DNA from: Candidatus Latescibacterota bacterium
GTDB taxonomy: Bacteria > Latescibacterota > UBA2968 > GCA-2709665
DNA: 64,000 nucleotides
Assembly: GCA_965222075.1 (NCBI GenBank)
Contig: OZ244937.1
Coordinates: 3,744,001 to 3,808,000, forward strand
Direction of reading: 5' to 3'
This document shows positions 19,867-29,534 of the stretch, piece after piece. Position numbers and translations under genes: made by a program. How positions within the stretch are numbered: the first letter of the stretch is position 1; each line of letters starts with the position of its first letter. The notes beneath the pieces are model-generated. The model had not been told where the DNA came from. It searched no databases and saw only the letters and a list, made by a program, of their open reading frames with translations.

Positions 19867-22226
19867 AGCGCATCCACCGGATTCGCCGTCGCCGCCCGGA
19901 TCGCCTGCACGCTCACGGTCAACAGTGCGACAAACAGGGCCAGCCCTCCGGACGCTGCAAATACCCACCAGCCGATGTCGATGCGATAGGCAAAATCCTG
20001 CAGCCAACGGTCCAGGATGTAATACGCGATTGGCGAAGCCACCACAAAGGCGATAAGCACCAGCCGGGCGAAGTCCCTGGACAACAGGAGCACAATATTC
20101 TCCACCGTCGCCCCCAGCACCTTCCGGATGCCGATCTCCTTCGTCCGCTGCTGGGCCGTAAAAGAAGCAAGCCCGAACAGCCCCAGGCAGGCAATGAAAA
20201 TGGCCAGTCCCGAAAAAACCTCGAACACCCGGGCCATGCGCTGCTCGCTCTCGTAAAGCCGCAGGTAGTCCCCCTCCAGAAAGGAATACGCGAAGGGCCG
20301 ATGGGGCGCGAACTTCTCCCAGACCTGCCGCACGGCAGAAACAGCATCGGCCACGTTGCCGGGCTGCAACCGGACGGCAACATAAGAACGGCCCCAGCGG
20401 AGAAACGGAAGCACCAGGGGTTGGACCCGGTGGCGGAGCGACCCGTAGTGGAAGTCCTCCACAACGCCGATGACCCTGCCTTCTCGGCCTGTCAGCCTCA
20501 TTCGCTTGCCGACCGGCTCTTCCCACCCGAGCGCCGAGGCGGCAGACTGGTTGATGAGAAACGCCGTGGAGTCCGAGGCGAAGTCTCCGGGAGCGAAGTT
20601 CCGACCCCGGACGACCCGCAACCCCAGCGCTTCGGTATAATGCTCGTCGACCATCACGTAGGTAAGTGAGGTCTCCTCGTAGTTGGCAGGCTGCTCAGGC
20701 ACGAACCGCGTGGAATCAAAGCGGTGGCCCGGCAGGCCCTCGGTAACCGAGGCCACAGCCACCTGCGCAAGCGCTCCGAGCCGCTCCCTGAATGCAGCAA
20801 CCTGCCTGCCCAGACTCCTGGCCCCATGCACCACAAGCACGTGTTCTTTATCGAACCCGAGCCGCTTGTGCTGCATATAGCGGAGTTGCTCGTGAACAAC
20901 CAGCGTGCCGATGAGCATTCCAATAGATATGCAGAACTGCGCCACAACCAGCCCGTTGCGCAGCCGGTCCCCGCCGAAGCGACCTGCAACACGTCCCCTG
21001 AGCACCTGCACAGGCCAGAAGGACGACAGGAAAAATGCCGGATACATCCCTGCCAGCACGGCCACCGCCGTCACAATTCCGCCCAGCGCCAGAACCGCGA
21101 ACGGCGAACTCAGGCTTCCGGTTGTCAGCTGTTTGCCGACAAAGCCGTTGAGGAACGGCAACCCCAGTTCGCTCAACCCCAGCGCCAGAACCACCGCCAG
21201 CGCCACATACAGCGACGACTCGACGAGAAACTGGCGAACGAGCTGCGCACGCTGGGAACCCAGAACTTTCCGAACACCCACCTCCCGGGCGCGGTTGGTC
21301 GAACGCGCTGTGGACAGGTTCACAAAATTGATACACGCCAAAAGCAGGATAAAGACGGCAACAAGAGAAAAAATATAAACGTTCAAAATATCGCCGGTCG
21401 GCTCCAGTTCCAACTCCAGATGCGAGTGCAGATGAATATCCGTCAACGGCTGCAACAGGAACCGGCTGTAGCCTCCTGCACGGGAAAAACGCTTCTCCAG
21501 TCCGCGACGCTCGACATGTTCCCGGAGCTTCGTCTCCACCCCGGACGCTTTTGTCCCCTCCCTCAAAACCACATACGTATAGACGGTGGCCGACCCCCAA
21601 CCCTTCTGTCGTCGTTCGACGATCGGAAGCGTTCTCAAAGGTGCGAGAAAATCGAAGTGAAAATGGGACTGGAGAGGAAACCCCCTCACCACGCCCGTGA
21701 CGCGCAGAAGCGTACCGTCGTTGAGTTCCAGCGGCTGTCCGAACGGGTCCTGGTCCCGGAAATACCGCCGCGCCGTCTCTTCCGTAATCACAACCGCATC
21801 CGGATCGCGCAGCGCCGTTTCCGGATCTCCCTCGACGAAGGGCGCGGTGAACACATCGAAAAAACCCTCCTCCACATAAAAAAAGTCACCTTCAATCACG
21901 TACTCCCGGCCGTGGCGCAGCGTCCGGCGCTCACGCCTCATACGCACCGTCCGCTCCACCTCCGGTAAATCCGCCAGCGCTTCAGCGACGGGAATAGGCC
22001 CTTTAGGAATCGTCCATTCATTGTCGCCGTAGCGAGCGTCCCACAGAACGCGATAGATCCGGTCCGCCTTTTCGTGGAACCGGTCGTAGCTCACCTCGTC
22101 CAGCACGAACAGCAGGATCAGGATGCAGCACGCCATCCCCACGGCCAGGCCCAGAATGTTGATGGCCGAATAGACCCGGTGCCGCAGCAAATTCCGCACC
22201 GCAACCTTCAGATCATTCTTAAACAT
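19854..22226 (-). CDS. MacB/FtsX-family ABC permease, paralogue 3
   Basis: LACINFVNLSTARS..RAREVGVRK, RTKEIGIRKVLGA, ends ANPVDALRYE. Confidence 0.95.
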   Translation of the reverse strand: MFKNDLKVAVRNLLRHRVYSAINILGLAVGMACCILILLFVLDEVSYDRFHEKADRIYRVLWDARYGDNEWTIPKGPIPVAEALADLPEVERTVRMRRERRTLRHGREYVIEGDFFYVEEGFFDVFTAPFVEGDPETALRDPDAVVITEETARRYFRDQDPFGQPLELNDGTLLRVTGVVRGFPLQSHFHFDFLAPLRTLPIVERRQKGWGSATVYTYVVLREGTKASGVETKLREHVERRGLEKRFSRAGGYSRFLLQPLTDIHLHSHLELELEPTGDILNVYIFSLVAVFILLLACINFVNLSTARSTNRAREVGVRKVLGSQRAQLVRQFLVESSLYVALAVVLALGLSELGLPFLNGFVGKQLTTGSLSSPFAVLALGGIVTAVAVLAGMYPAFFLSSFWPVQVLRGRVAGRFGGDRLRNGLVVAQFCISIGMLIGTLVVHEQLRYMQHKRLGFDKEHVLVVHGARSLGRQVAAFRERLGALAQVAVASVTEGLPGHRFDSTRFVPEQPANYEETSLTYVMVDEHYTEALGLRVVRGRNFAPGDFASDSTAFLINQSAASALGWEEPVGKRMRLTGREGRVIGVVEDFHYGSLRHRVQPLVLPFLRWGRSYVAVRLQPGNVADAVSAVRQVWEKFAPHRPFAYSFLEGDYLRLYESEQRMARVFEVFSGLAIFIACLGLFGLASFTAQQRTKEIGIRKVLGATVENIVLLLSRDFARLVLIAFVVASPIAYYILDRWLQDFAYRIDIGWWVFAASGGLALFVALLTVSVQAIRAATANPVDALRYE

Positions 22227-22908
22227 GGGACCGTCCCTTCACATTCTCCGTCACCACATGCCCGTCAAACAGGTGGATAATGCGGTGGCTGTATCCCGCA
22301 TCGTGCGCCGAGTGGGTCACCATCACAATCGTGGTGCCCACCTTGTTCAACTCCGTCAGCAGGTCCATCACCTCATCCCCGTGGCTCGAATCCAGGTTCC
22401 CCGTCGGCTCGTCGGCCAGGATCAGCTTGGGCTTGGTCACCACTGCCCGGCCCACCGCCACGCGCTGCTGCTGTCCCCCGGACAGCTGCTGCGGGAAGTG
22501 GTTCTTTCGGTGCGTGATCCCCATATAATCCAGCACCTCTTCCACCTTTTTCTTCCGCTCCGAACCCGAAACCCCCAGGTACAGCAACGGCAGCTCCACG
22601 TTCTCGAACACCGTCAGCTCGTCAATCAGGTTAAAACTCTGGAACACGAACCCGACCGTCCCCTTCCGCAGGTTCGCCCGCTGTCTTTCAGAATAGGTCG
22701 ACACCTCCCGGTCCTCCAGAAAGTACTCCCCGCTGCTGGGCTGGTCCAGAAGCCCCAGAACATTGAGCAACGTGGACTTCCCGCATCCCGAAGGCCCCAT
22801 CACAGCCACGAACTCACCCGCGCCGATTTCAACATTCACATTGTTCAAGGCGGTGGTCTCCACCTCTTCAGTCGTATAAGCCTTGCTCAGACCGTTGGTT
22901 TTGATCAT
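22219..22908 (-). CDS. ABC ATP-binding protein (LolD/MacB-like)
   Basis: [31 protein letters not shown]. Confidence 0.95.
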   Translation of the reverse strand: MIKTNGLSKAYTTEEVETTALNNVNVEIGAGEFVAVMGPSGCGKSTLLNVLGLLDQPSSGEYFLEDREVSTYSERQRANLRKGTVGFVFQSFNLIDELTVFENVELPLLYLGVSGSERKKKVEEVLDYMGITHRKNHFPQQLSGGQQQRVAVGRAVVTKPKLILADEPTGNLDSSHGDEVMDLLTELNKVGTTIVMVTHSAHDAGYSHRIIHLFDGHVVTENVKGRSHV

Positions 22909-22920
22909 AGCTTACTCCTC

Positions 22921-24174
22921 TCAATCTTTTAAGATGAGCTTTTCTATCTCCTCATAATGCTCATACGACGACGTCACAACGCGTTCCTCCGGCTCCAGCC
23001 CCTCCAGCACCTCGAAAAACTCCGGATTCTGCCGGCCGATCCGCAGCGGCCGACGTACCGCAAACGCCCCCGACGGGTCCACCACAAACACCCAGTTCCC
23101 TCCCGTGGTCTGATAAAATCCTCCCCTGGCCAGGAGCACGGCCTCGGAAAGGTCCCCCAGGGCCAGCCGGATGTGGAGCGTCTGTCCCCGGCGGATGTCT
23201 TCGGGCATTTCTCCTGCAAACTCGAGATCAACCTCAAACCGGCCGTCTAAAATCTCCGGATAGACCTTCTTGATCACCAGGTGGTAGGTCTTCCCGGCAA
23301 GATCGAACATACCGGTCTGCCCCGGATTGATCCGATGGATATAAAACTCATCGATGTCCGCCCGGGCCTTAAACCCGTCCAGCACATCGACCTGCCCCAA
23401 ACGCTGTCCTTTGGACTTCAACTCCCCGATCTCCGCATTCAGCGACGTCAACTGCCCGCTCACCGGCGCCTTTAAAATCAAATTTTCCAGATTCCGTTTC
23501 ACAGCCTTCAGATTCAACTCTAACTTTTTAACCGAAGCCTCCATATGTGCAATCTGGCCCTGGCGGTACAGAGAATCCTGCCTCACGGTCTGAACCATAA
23601 ACTCCTGCCGCTTCAACTGGTATTCGTAATTTTCCTTGCTTTCCGCATAATCTTTCCTTGCAATCAAATTCCGCTTCATCAATTCCTCATGTCTTAAATA
23701 TTCCCGTCTCGCCTGCTGAACCTGGTATTCAATATTAATCAATTCCTCCTGCCGTCTAATCGTCTGCTGTTCCATATTAATGCGGGTATTCTCCATATTA
23801 TTAATCTGTTCGAATAAAACGGCCTCCTGGTTCATCACGCTCAGTTCCAGCATCGGGTCCGACAGCCTCAGAAGCGGCTCCCCTTTGGTGACCATACTCC
23901 CCTCTTCCACAAAGACCTCCTCCACCTGTCCGCCGACCAGAGCATCCAGATAGATCGTCTGAATGGGCAGCATCGTCCCCCGAACCGGAATAAACTCCTG
24001 AAACGGCCCCCGCTCAACCGTAGAAATCGTAATCCGCTCGACCTTCACGTTCAGCTTCGCACTGTGGTCCCCCAGCAAGAATTCGTAGAGAACCGCACCA
24101 ACAAAAAGCCCGGCCAGGGCCATCCCCGCAATCCGTCTCGGGGGCCACCGGCGCTTCCGGATCTTCCGGTCCAT
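22921..24174 (-). CDS. Efflux periplasmic adaptor subunit (MacA/HlyD-like)
   Basis: MDRKI start, single TM, GGQVEEVFVEEG..V.KG..L, coiled-coil hairpin, APVSG, IGRQNP..FEVLEGL. Confidence 0.92.
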   Translation of the reverse strand: MDRKIRKRRWPPRRIAGMALAGLFVGAVLYEFLLGDHSAKLNVKVERITISTVERGPFQEFIPVRGTMLPIQTIYLDALVGGQVEEVFVEEGSMVTKGEPLLRLSDPMLELSVMNQEAVLFEQINNMENTRINMEQQTIRRQEELINIEYQVQQARREYLRHEELMKRNLIARKDYAESKENYEYQLKRQEFMVQTVRQDSLYRQGQIAHMEASVKKLELNLKAVKRNLENLILKAPVSGQLTSLNAEIGELKSKGQRLGQVDVLDGFKARADIDEFYIHRINPGQTGMFDLAGKTYHLVIKKVYPEILDGRFEVDLEFAGEMPEDIRRGQTLHIRLALGDLSEAVLLARGGFYQTTGGNWVFVVDPSGAFAVRRPLRIGRQNPEFFEVLEGLEPEERVVTSSYEHYEEIEKLILKD

Positions 24175-24355
24175 CGCCAGCCCTTCTTCCGTTCCCCCCG
24201 TCGACGACCGGCTCTGCGAACCACCGGCTCCGGACTCCGGACTCCAGTTCACAATCTTGTCCACCAGATCGTCTTTGGCACGCCCTGGTTCTTCGCTCAA
24301 CACAATTCACCTCATCATTTTTTCATCCGTACACCGATCCTCAACTTCTCACTTC

Positions 24356-24976
24356 CTACAAACTCCCCGTCACCCCCAACCGCTCAACCTCTCCTCTCAA
24401 CCGATGCCGCCCCCGATACAGCCAGACCTTCAACGTTCCGACCGGCACCTGGAGCTCCTCCACAATCTCATGATAAGATCGTTCCCTTACATAATGCAAC
24501 CAGACCGCCTCGCGCTGCCGGTCCGGCAGCGCCTGGATGCTCTGCATCACAATCTCCCGGCGCTCCTTCCGCACCATCACGGCTTCGGGATCTTCGTGAG
24601 GCGCCGGGCGCCACCGCGCCTGAAGCGCGGGTACGGCATCGTCTACTTCATCCAGCCAATTTCTCTGCGTCCGCCGGGTCCGCAAATAGGATGTACACAC
24701 ATTCAGAGCAATGCGCGTCAGCCAGGTAGAGAAAGTGGCCTGCCCCCGAAAATTGGCCAGCCCCTGAAAGGCCTTCATAAAAACCATCTGGACCAGGTCC
24801 TCTGTCTCATCTCCCTTCCTTGTGCACCGATGCACAATCGCACGCACCCGGTCACGGTGCGTCCTGTAAAGAACTTCAAAAGCCCCGTCATCTCCCGCAA
24901 GCGCCCGATCGATCAGCGCCGCATCCGATTCAGGCGCACACTGCAATGTTTCAGGATCGTTTTTCTTTCCCCTCAC
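24356..24976 (-). CDS. ECF sigma-70 factor
   Basis: D..AF..LY, EDLVQ.VF.KA, FSTWL.RIA.N (region 2); LP.RQREA..L......SY.EI...L.VPVGT.K..L.RGR (region 4). GTG start at 24976 after GAGGGAG. Confidence 0.92.
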   Translation of the reverse strand: MRGKKNDPETLQCAPESDAALIDRALAGDDGAFEVLYRTHRDRVRAIVHRCTRKGDETEDLVQMVFMKAFQGLANFRGQATFSTWLTRIALNVCTSYLRTRRTQRNWLDEVDDAVPALQARWRPAPHEDPEAVMVRKERREIVMQSIQALPDRQREAVWLHYVRERSYHEIVEELQVPVGTLKVWLYRGRHRLRGEVERLGVTGSL

Positions 24977-25041
24977 AACAGAACTCCCTCGGTTTTCATA
25001 TCCCGGATGCCTGCAAAACACCGAACTTCTGTTCAGAAGAA

Positions 25042-25057
25042 AGCGACAACCGTGCCA
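25042..25057 (-). promoter_or_regulatory. sigma54 -24/-12 promoter upstream of the ECF sigma / adaptor / ABC operon
   Basis: Minus strand TGGCACG-GTTG-TCGCT; IHF-like TTTCAACTGCTTA at 25077-25089. Confidence 0.75.
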
Positions 25058-25114
25058 ACACTGGTTTTTTATTATTTTTCAACTGCTTATATATGTTTCC
25101 CCCAAAAAAACGAT

Positions 25115-25163
25115 CAAAAAAGTGTCCGCTGGCGATACACAAGTGTCCGCTAACGGACACTTC
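25115..25163. promoter_or_regulatory. Tandem palindromic enhancer (candidate bEBP UAS), copy 1
   Basis: AGTGTCCGCTGGCGATACAC-AAGTGTCCGCTAACGGACACTT; repeated at 35691-35739. Confidence 0.7.
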
Positions 25164-25192
25164 ACACTGCACCACTCCCACACACAGGCCAA

Positions 25193-25890
25193 ACATCAAA
25201 CTCCCCGTCACCTCCTCCGCCTTTCTCCCCCTTTCCTCTCAGGAAAGGGGGCCGGGGGGATAGGTCACTCAGTCCGCTGGCTGGCAGAACAGTTCGGGCC
25301 GGCGGAACAGCCGTGGGAATGACCCCTCCCCCAGCCCCTCCCCGAAACGGGGAGGGGAGAGCGTGCTCCTAAGAGGGTTGGAAGGTAGTTGGCGCGAAGA
25401 CGTTCCCAGAGAATGCGCTCTTCTTCCGTCATCTGACCACGAAGCATTCTTGCCCGCTTCACCTTATCCGGATCCACTCTCTGCCCAATAACGATATTTC
25501 TCTTCCTCATCCTACACCCGTCACCTCCTCCGCCTTCCTCCCCCTTTCCTCTCAGGAAAGGGGGCCGGGGGGATAGGTCACTCAGTCCGCTGGCTGGCAG
25601 AACAGTTCGGGCCGGCGGAACAGCCGTGGGAATGACCCCTCCCCCAGCCCCTCCCCGAAACGGGGAGGGGAGAGGGTGCTCCTAAGAGGGTTGGCGAGAA
25701 GGCGTTCCCAGAGAATGCCCTCTTCTTCCGTCATCTGACCACGAAGCATTCTTGCCCGCTTCACCTTATCCAGGTCCACTCTCTGTCCAATAACGATATT
25801 TCTTTTACTCATCCTGCACCCCTCACCTCCCCCGCCTTTCTCCCCCTTTCCTCTCAGGAAAGGGGGCCGGGGGGATAGGTCACTCATACC
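25193..25890. mobile_element. Tandem array 2 of the DUF559 hairpin element (A-B-deleted gene-A-B-deleted gene-A)
   Basis: A hairpins at 25227, 25540, 25842; B hairpins at 25335, 25648; DUF559 remnants lack 251 and 262 bp. Confidence 0.85.
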
Positions 25891-28219
25891 TTAGCGCATC
25901 CACCGGGTTCGCCCGTGCCGCACGCATTGCCTGCGACCCTACCGCCAGCAGCACGATCGCCAGCATCAACACCCCACCCAAAACGAACGTCCCGACCCCC
26001 AGCTCAATCCGATACGCAAAATCCTGCAACCACCGCTCCATCGCATAATACGCCACCGGCCAGGCGATGACACTGGCAACAGCCACGAGCACGAGGAACT
26101 CCCTGGAAAGCAGGGACAGGATATTGGGAACCGTGGCGCCCAGCGCCTTCCGAATGCCGATCTCCTTCGTCCGCCGCGCCACCGCAAGCGCCGTCAGCCC
26201 GAACGCGCCGAGACAGGCGATGAAAACCGCGAACAGCGCGGAATACTGTACGATTCGGTTCCAGCGTTCCTCCTTCCTGTACTGCCGGTCCACCTCCTCG
26301 TCAAGAAAAGAATACTGAAACGGAAGGTCCGGTGCGACCTCCTGCCACTTCTCCTCCAAAAAGGCCAGCGTGCCCGGGATGTTCTCCGGGCGGATCCGGA
26401 TTAGCAATCGGGTAAACCCCGGACTGAGCCTCAACACCGCCGGCCCGATCTTGTGGTGCAGGGAGCGAAAATGGAAGTCCTGCACCACGCCGATCACAGT
26501 AATATCCCGCTTGTTCATCCGCAGCATCCTGCCCGCCACCGGCCTGTCCCACCCCAAACGCCGGACCAGGGCCTCGTTCACGATAATGGAAGCCCTGGAA
26601 TCCGTATTCCGTGTATCGAAATCCGCTCCCTCCAGGAGGGAGATATCCATCGTCTCCAGGAAGTCATAGCCGACAAAGACCATCTCAACACCCATTTCAT
26701 TCCCTTCATGCTCAATGCTGTTCCTGTACCTCGTCCTGCTGCTCAGCGCGTTGCTGGTCCCTGTCACGCCCAGAACCCCGTGGTGTCCCAGCAACTCGTT
26801 CCGGTACACCCCGGGTAGATCCGAATCTCGCTCCCGCAGGTCCCAAATATGGATGTACAGGACGTGATCACTCTCAAAGCCCAGCGGTTTTGTCCTCAGA
26901 TACTCAAGTTGCCGGGCCATCAGCAGCGCACTGACCACCAGGAAGACGGACAGGGCAAGCTGGAAAACCACAAGCGCCCGGCCGAACAGGCTGGACCCTC
27001 CGAGGCTGAGCCTTCTTTTCAACACCGCAACGGACTGAAACCCTGACAGTACGAAGGCCGGGTAGCTGCCTGCGGCCAGCCCGACGGCCAGCGCCAGTCC
27101 GAGCAAAAAGACCAGGCCCACGCCATCCGCCTGATCGGCCAGGGCGAGGTCCTGACCGGCCAGGCTGTTGAAGGCCGGCAGGAGGAGTTCCGCCAGAGCG
27201 ACCCCGGCCACCAGGGCCATCGCGCTCAACAGCATCGACTCTCCCAGGAACTGCTTCATCAGCTGCGTCCGAGACGCACCCACCACCTTGCGCATCCCCA
27301 CCTCCCGGGCGCGGGCGAACGACCGGCCCACAGCCAGAGTCATAAAGTTCACGCACGCAATCACCAGCACCAGCAGGGCAATTCCCAGAAGAATATAAGA
27401 AAAGGCCGGATTGCTCGCGGGTTTGGGTCCCCGGGTGCCCGGATTGAGATGCACCTCCAGGAGCGGCTGGAGGCCCATCCTGGCGTCCCGCTTTTCTCCC
27501 AGCCACATCTTTAACAACTCCGGAAACCGTTCCTCCAGATCGGCCGGACGTCTGTGCTCCGGAAGCAGCAGGTAGGTCTGGATATCTTCCTGGCTCCAGC
27601 CCCTGAGCTCACCCCCGGCCTCGAACGGAGCCAGAAAATCGAACCGGATGCTGGAGTTCTTCGGAACGGGCTTCGCAATCCCGGTCACAACAAAATCCCA
27701 AACCACCGGCGGGCGGCCCCATATCTCAACGGAAAGGACTTTGCCCAGGGGGTCTTTATCTCCAAAGTACTTCCGTGCCGCCGCCTCGGTGATCACCACA
27801 GAGTACGGACCTTCCAGCACCGTCGTCGGGTCTCCCTTCACCAGGGGAAAGGTGAACACCTCCAGGATGGCCGGATCGACAAAGCGGAAACTTTCTCGAA
27901 ACGACCGGTCCCCCTGCATAACAGAGAAAGAGCCCCAGCCAATCCTGACGCTCCGGACGTCCGGAAACGCCTCCGCCAGCGCCGGCCCCAGCGCGTCCGA
28001 CGTAACGCCCGACGGCTCGAACCCGGTATCATCCATATAGACCCTGTAGATCCGATCCGCGTTCTCGTGGAACGCGTCGTACGTCCACTCCCGCCGGACG
28101 AACAGAAACGTCAGCACACAAAACGCAATCCCGATCGAAAGACCCGTCACGTTGATAAAAGAATAGACCTTATGGCGCACCAGATTGCGAAACGCTACTT
28201 TCAGATAATTTCCGAGCAT
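25880..28219 (-). CDS. MacB/FtsX-family ABC permease, paralogue 4
   Basis: MLGNYLKVAFRNL, IACVNF, RAREVGMRK, RTKEIGIRK, ends ANPVDALRYE. Confidence 0.95.
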   Translation of the reverse strand: MLGNYLKVAFRNLVRHKVYSFINVTGLSIGIAFCVLTFLFVRREWTYDAFHENADRIYRVYMDDTGFEPSGVTSDALGPALAEAFPDVRSVRIGWGSFSVMQGDRSFRESFRFVDPAILEVFTFPLVKGDPTTVLEGPYSVVITEAAARKYFGDKDPLGKVLSVEIWGRPPVVWDFVVTGIAKPVPKNSSIRFDFLAPFEAGGELRGWSQEDIQTYLLLPEHRRPADLEERFPELLKMWLGEKRDARMGLQPLLEVHLNPGTRGPKPASNPAFSYILLGIALLVLVIACVNFMTLAVGRSFARAREVGMRKVVGASRTQLMKQFLGESMLLSAMALVAGVALAELLLPAFNSLAGQDLALADQADGVGLVFLLGLALAVGLAAGSYPAFVLSGFQSVAVLKRRLSLGGSSLFGRALVVFQLALSVFLVVSALLMARQLEYLRTKPLGFESDHVLYIHIWDLRERDSDLPGVYRNELLGHHGVLGVTGTSNALSSRTRYRNSIEHEGNEMGVEMVFVGYDFLETMDISLLEGADFDTRNTDSRASIIVNEALVRRLGWDRPVAGRMLRMNKRDITVIGVVQDFHFRSLHHKIGPAVLRLSPGFTRLLIRIRPENIPGTLAFLEEKWQEVAPDLPFQYSFLDEEVDRQYRKEERWNRIVQYSALFAVFIACLGAFGLTALAVARRTKEIGIRKALGATVPNILSLLSREFLVLVAVASVIAWPVAYYAMERWLQDFAYRIELGVGTFVLGGVLMLAIVLLAVGSQAMRAARANPVDALRYE

Positions 28220-28595
28220 ACGTCCCATCCCTCCAAAAGCGTGACTTGCAGAACCTCAGGACTTCATTCAGCCATTCGCCACCAGCCATCTCAGCTCATA
28301 GCCGGACACTTTCGTCCTGAGAAGCCGTTTTAAAATTCCCGGTGAGTTCCCGACACGCCCGCTCACGCGTCTCGCCTCTGGGATCCCCCCACCGGCGCGC
28401 CTGCGGGCTGGCGCCCCTAACTTGCCGACTCCTCCGGTTTGGTGTGAGAGGAAGGGGCTTTTCCGCGCAGATCCCCCCAGCACCTCCGCCCAAAAACGCC
28501 CAAAAGGTCCGCTGGGCACAAACGCCTGCTTACACCACAGGGGCAGTTCGCGGAAAAGCAGCCCCCGCGGCGTTTGAGCGGCGCCCTTCTTTTTC

Positions 28596-28627
28596 GGCCT
28601 TTTTCTTGGGCGAACAAGAAAAAGGCC
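28596..28627. repeat. 13-bp perfect hairpin in a structured intergenic region
   Basis: GGCCTTTTTCTTG-GGCGAA-CAAGAAAAAGGCC. Confidence 0.7.
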
Positions 28628-28689
28628 AGGAGTAAAAGAACCGTTGAACCCGGGGATCTACCCAAAGGTTATTTTCCAAGCAGCAGCTT

Positions 28690-29508
28690 CTAAAACTCCC
28701 GCAAACGAATCGAACCATTCACCGCCTTCAAATAAAGCAGGCGCCCGCCCCCGTTTATATCTCCGTCAACCGATTTGCTGATGCGGCCCTTCACCGTAAC
28801 CGGAAAATCCGTCTCGATATGCCCGTTCACCGTCGCTGCTTTCAGGTGCGCCTTGAACCCCCTGGGCAATGCAACCTCAATGCTGCCATTTGTCGTTGAA
28901 GCCCGAATTTCATGCTCATCCTGGCCCCTTTTGGAAAACGCCGCCTCAATCCTGCCGTTCGTCGTACTCGCCTGAATCGCGCCCTGAATCTCCGAGAGCC
29001 GGATATTCCCATTCTTCGTACTCGCCTGGATCGCCCCTTTAACCTCTGCAAACCGGATGCGGCCGTTGGCCGTTTCCGCCTCAATCGCTCCTGAAACAGC
29101 ATCGACCTGGATGCCTCCATTAACCGATTCCAATTCCAGGTCGATCTCTTTGGGCACCGTCAACGTATAACTCACGCTCACGCTCCGATTCCCTCGCAAG
29201 CGCAGCTCCGTCTGGATATCGATCCGGTCCGCCGTCCGGTCGATCCGCACCTCCGTCTTCTCCAGCAGCTTCCGCGCCTCTTCCTCGCTGCGGGCACGCG
29301 CTTTCTTTTTCGCCTGCACCTTCACCTCATTTCGATCCCAGGATCCAATCGTAATTCCCCCGTTCACGTTCACAAGCGTCAGTCGTCCTCCCGGCTGAAA
29401 CTGCATCGAACGCTCGATAACCTCCTGCTCCGTATACTCACCGGCGCCACAGACAACAGGAACAAGACAGAGACTGAACATCGCAACCAGAATGAAAATC
29501 GCCATCAT
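28690..29508 (-). CDS. DUF4097 family beta-strand-repeat (adhesin-like) secreted protein
   Basis: Signal peptide; repeated (T/V)xNGxI motifs (SVNGGI, TANGRI, TKNGNI, TTNGRI, TTNGSI, TVNGHI); L.VP and I.TDFP motifs. Confidence 0.85.
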   Translation of the reverse strand: MMAIFILVAMFSLCLVPVVCGAGEYTEQEVIERSMQFQPGGRLTLVNVNGGITIGSWDRNEVKVQAKKKARARSEEEARKLLEKTEVRIDRTADRIDIQTELRLRGNRSVSVSYTLTVPKEIDLELESVNGGIQVDAVSGAIEAETANGRIRFAEVKGAIQASTKNGNIRLSEIQGAIQASTTNGRIEAAFSKRGQDEHEIRASTTNGSIEVALPRGFKAHLKAATVNGHIETDFPVTVKGRISKSVDGDINGGGRLLYLKAVNGSIRLREF

Positions 29509-29534
29509 AGGACCTTAACCTCCTGTAATGTGAG

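Noticed and set aside
24276-24291. Additional sigma54 promoter (TGGCACG)
   Set aside because: No GC at the -12 position.
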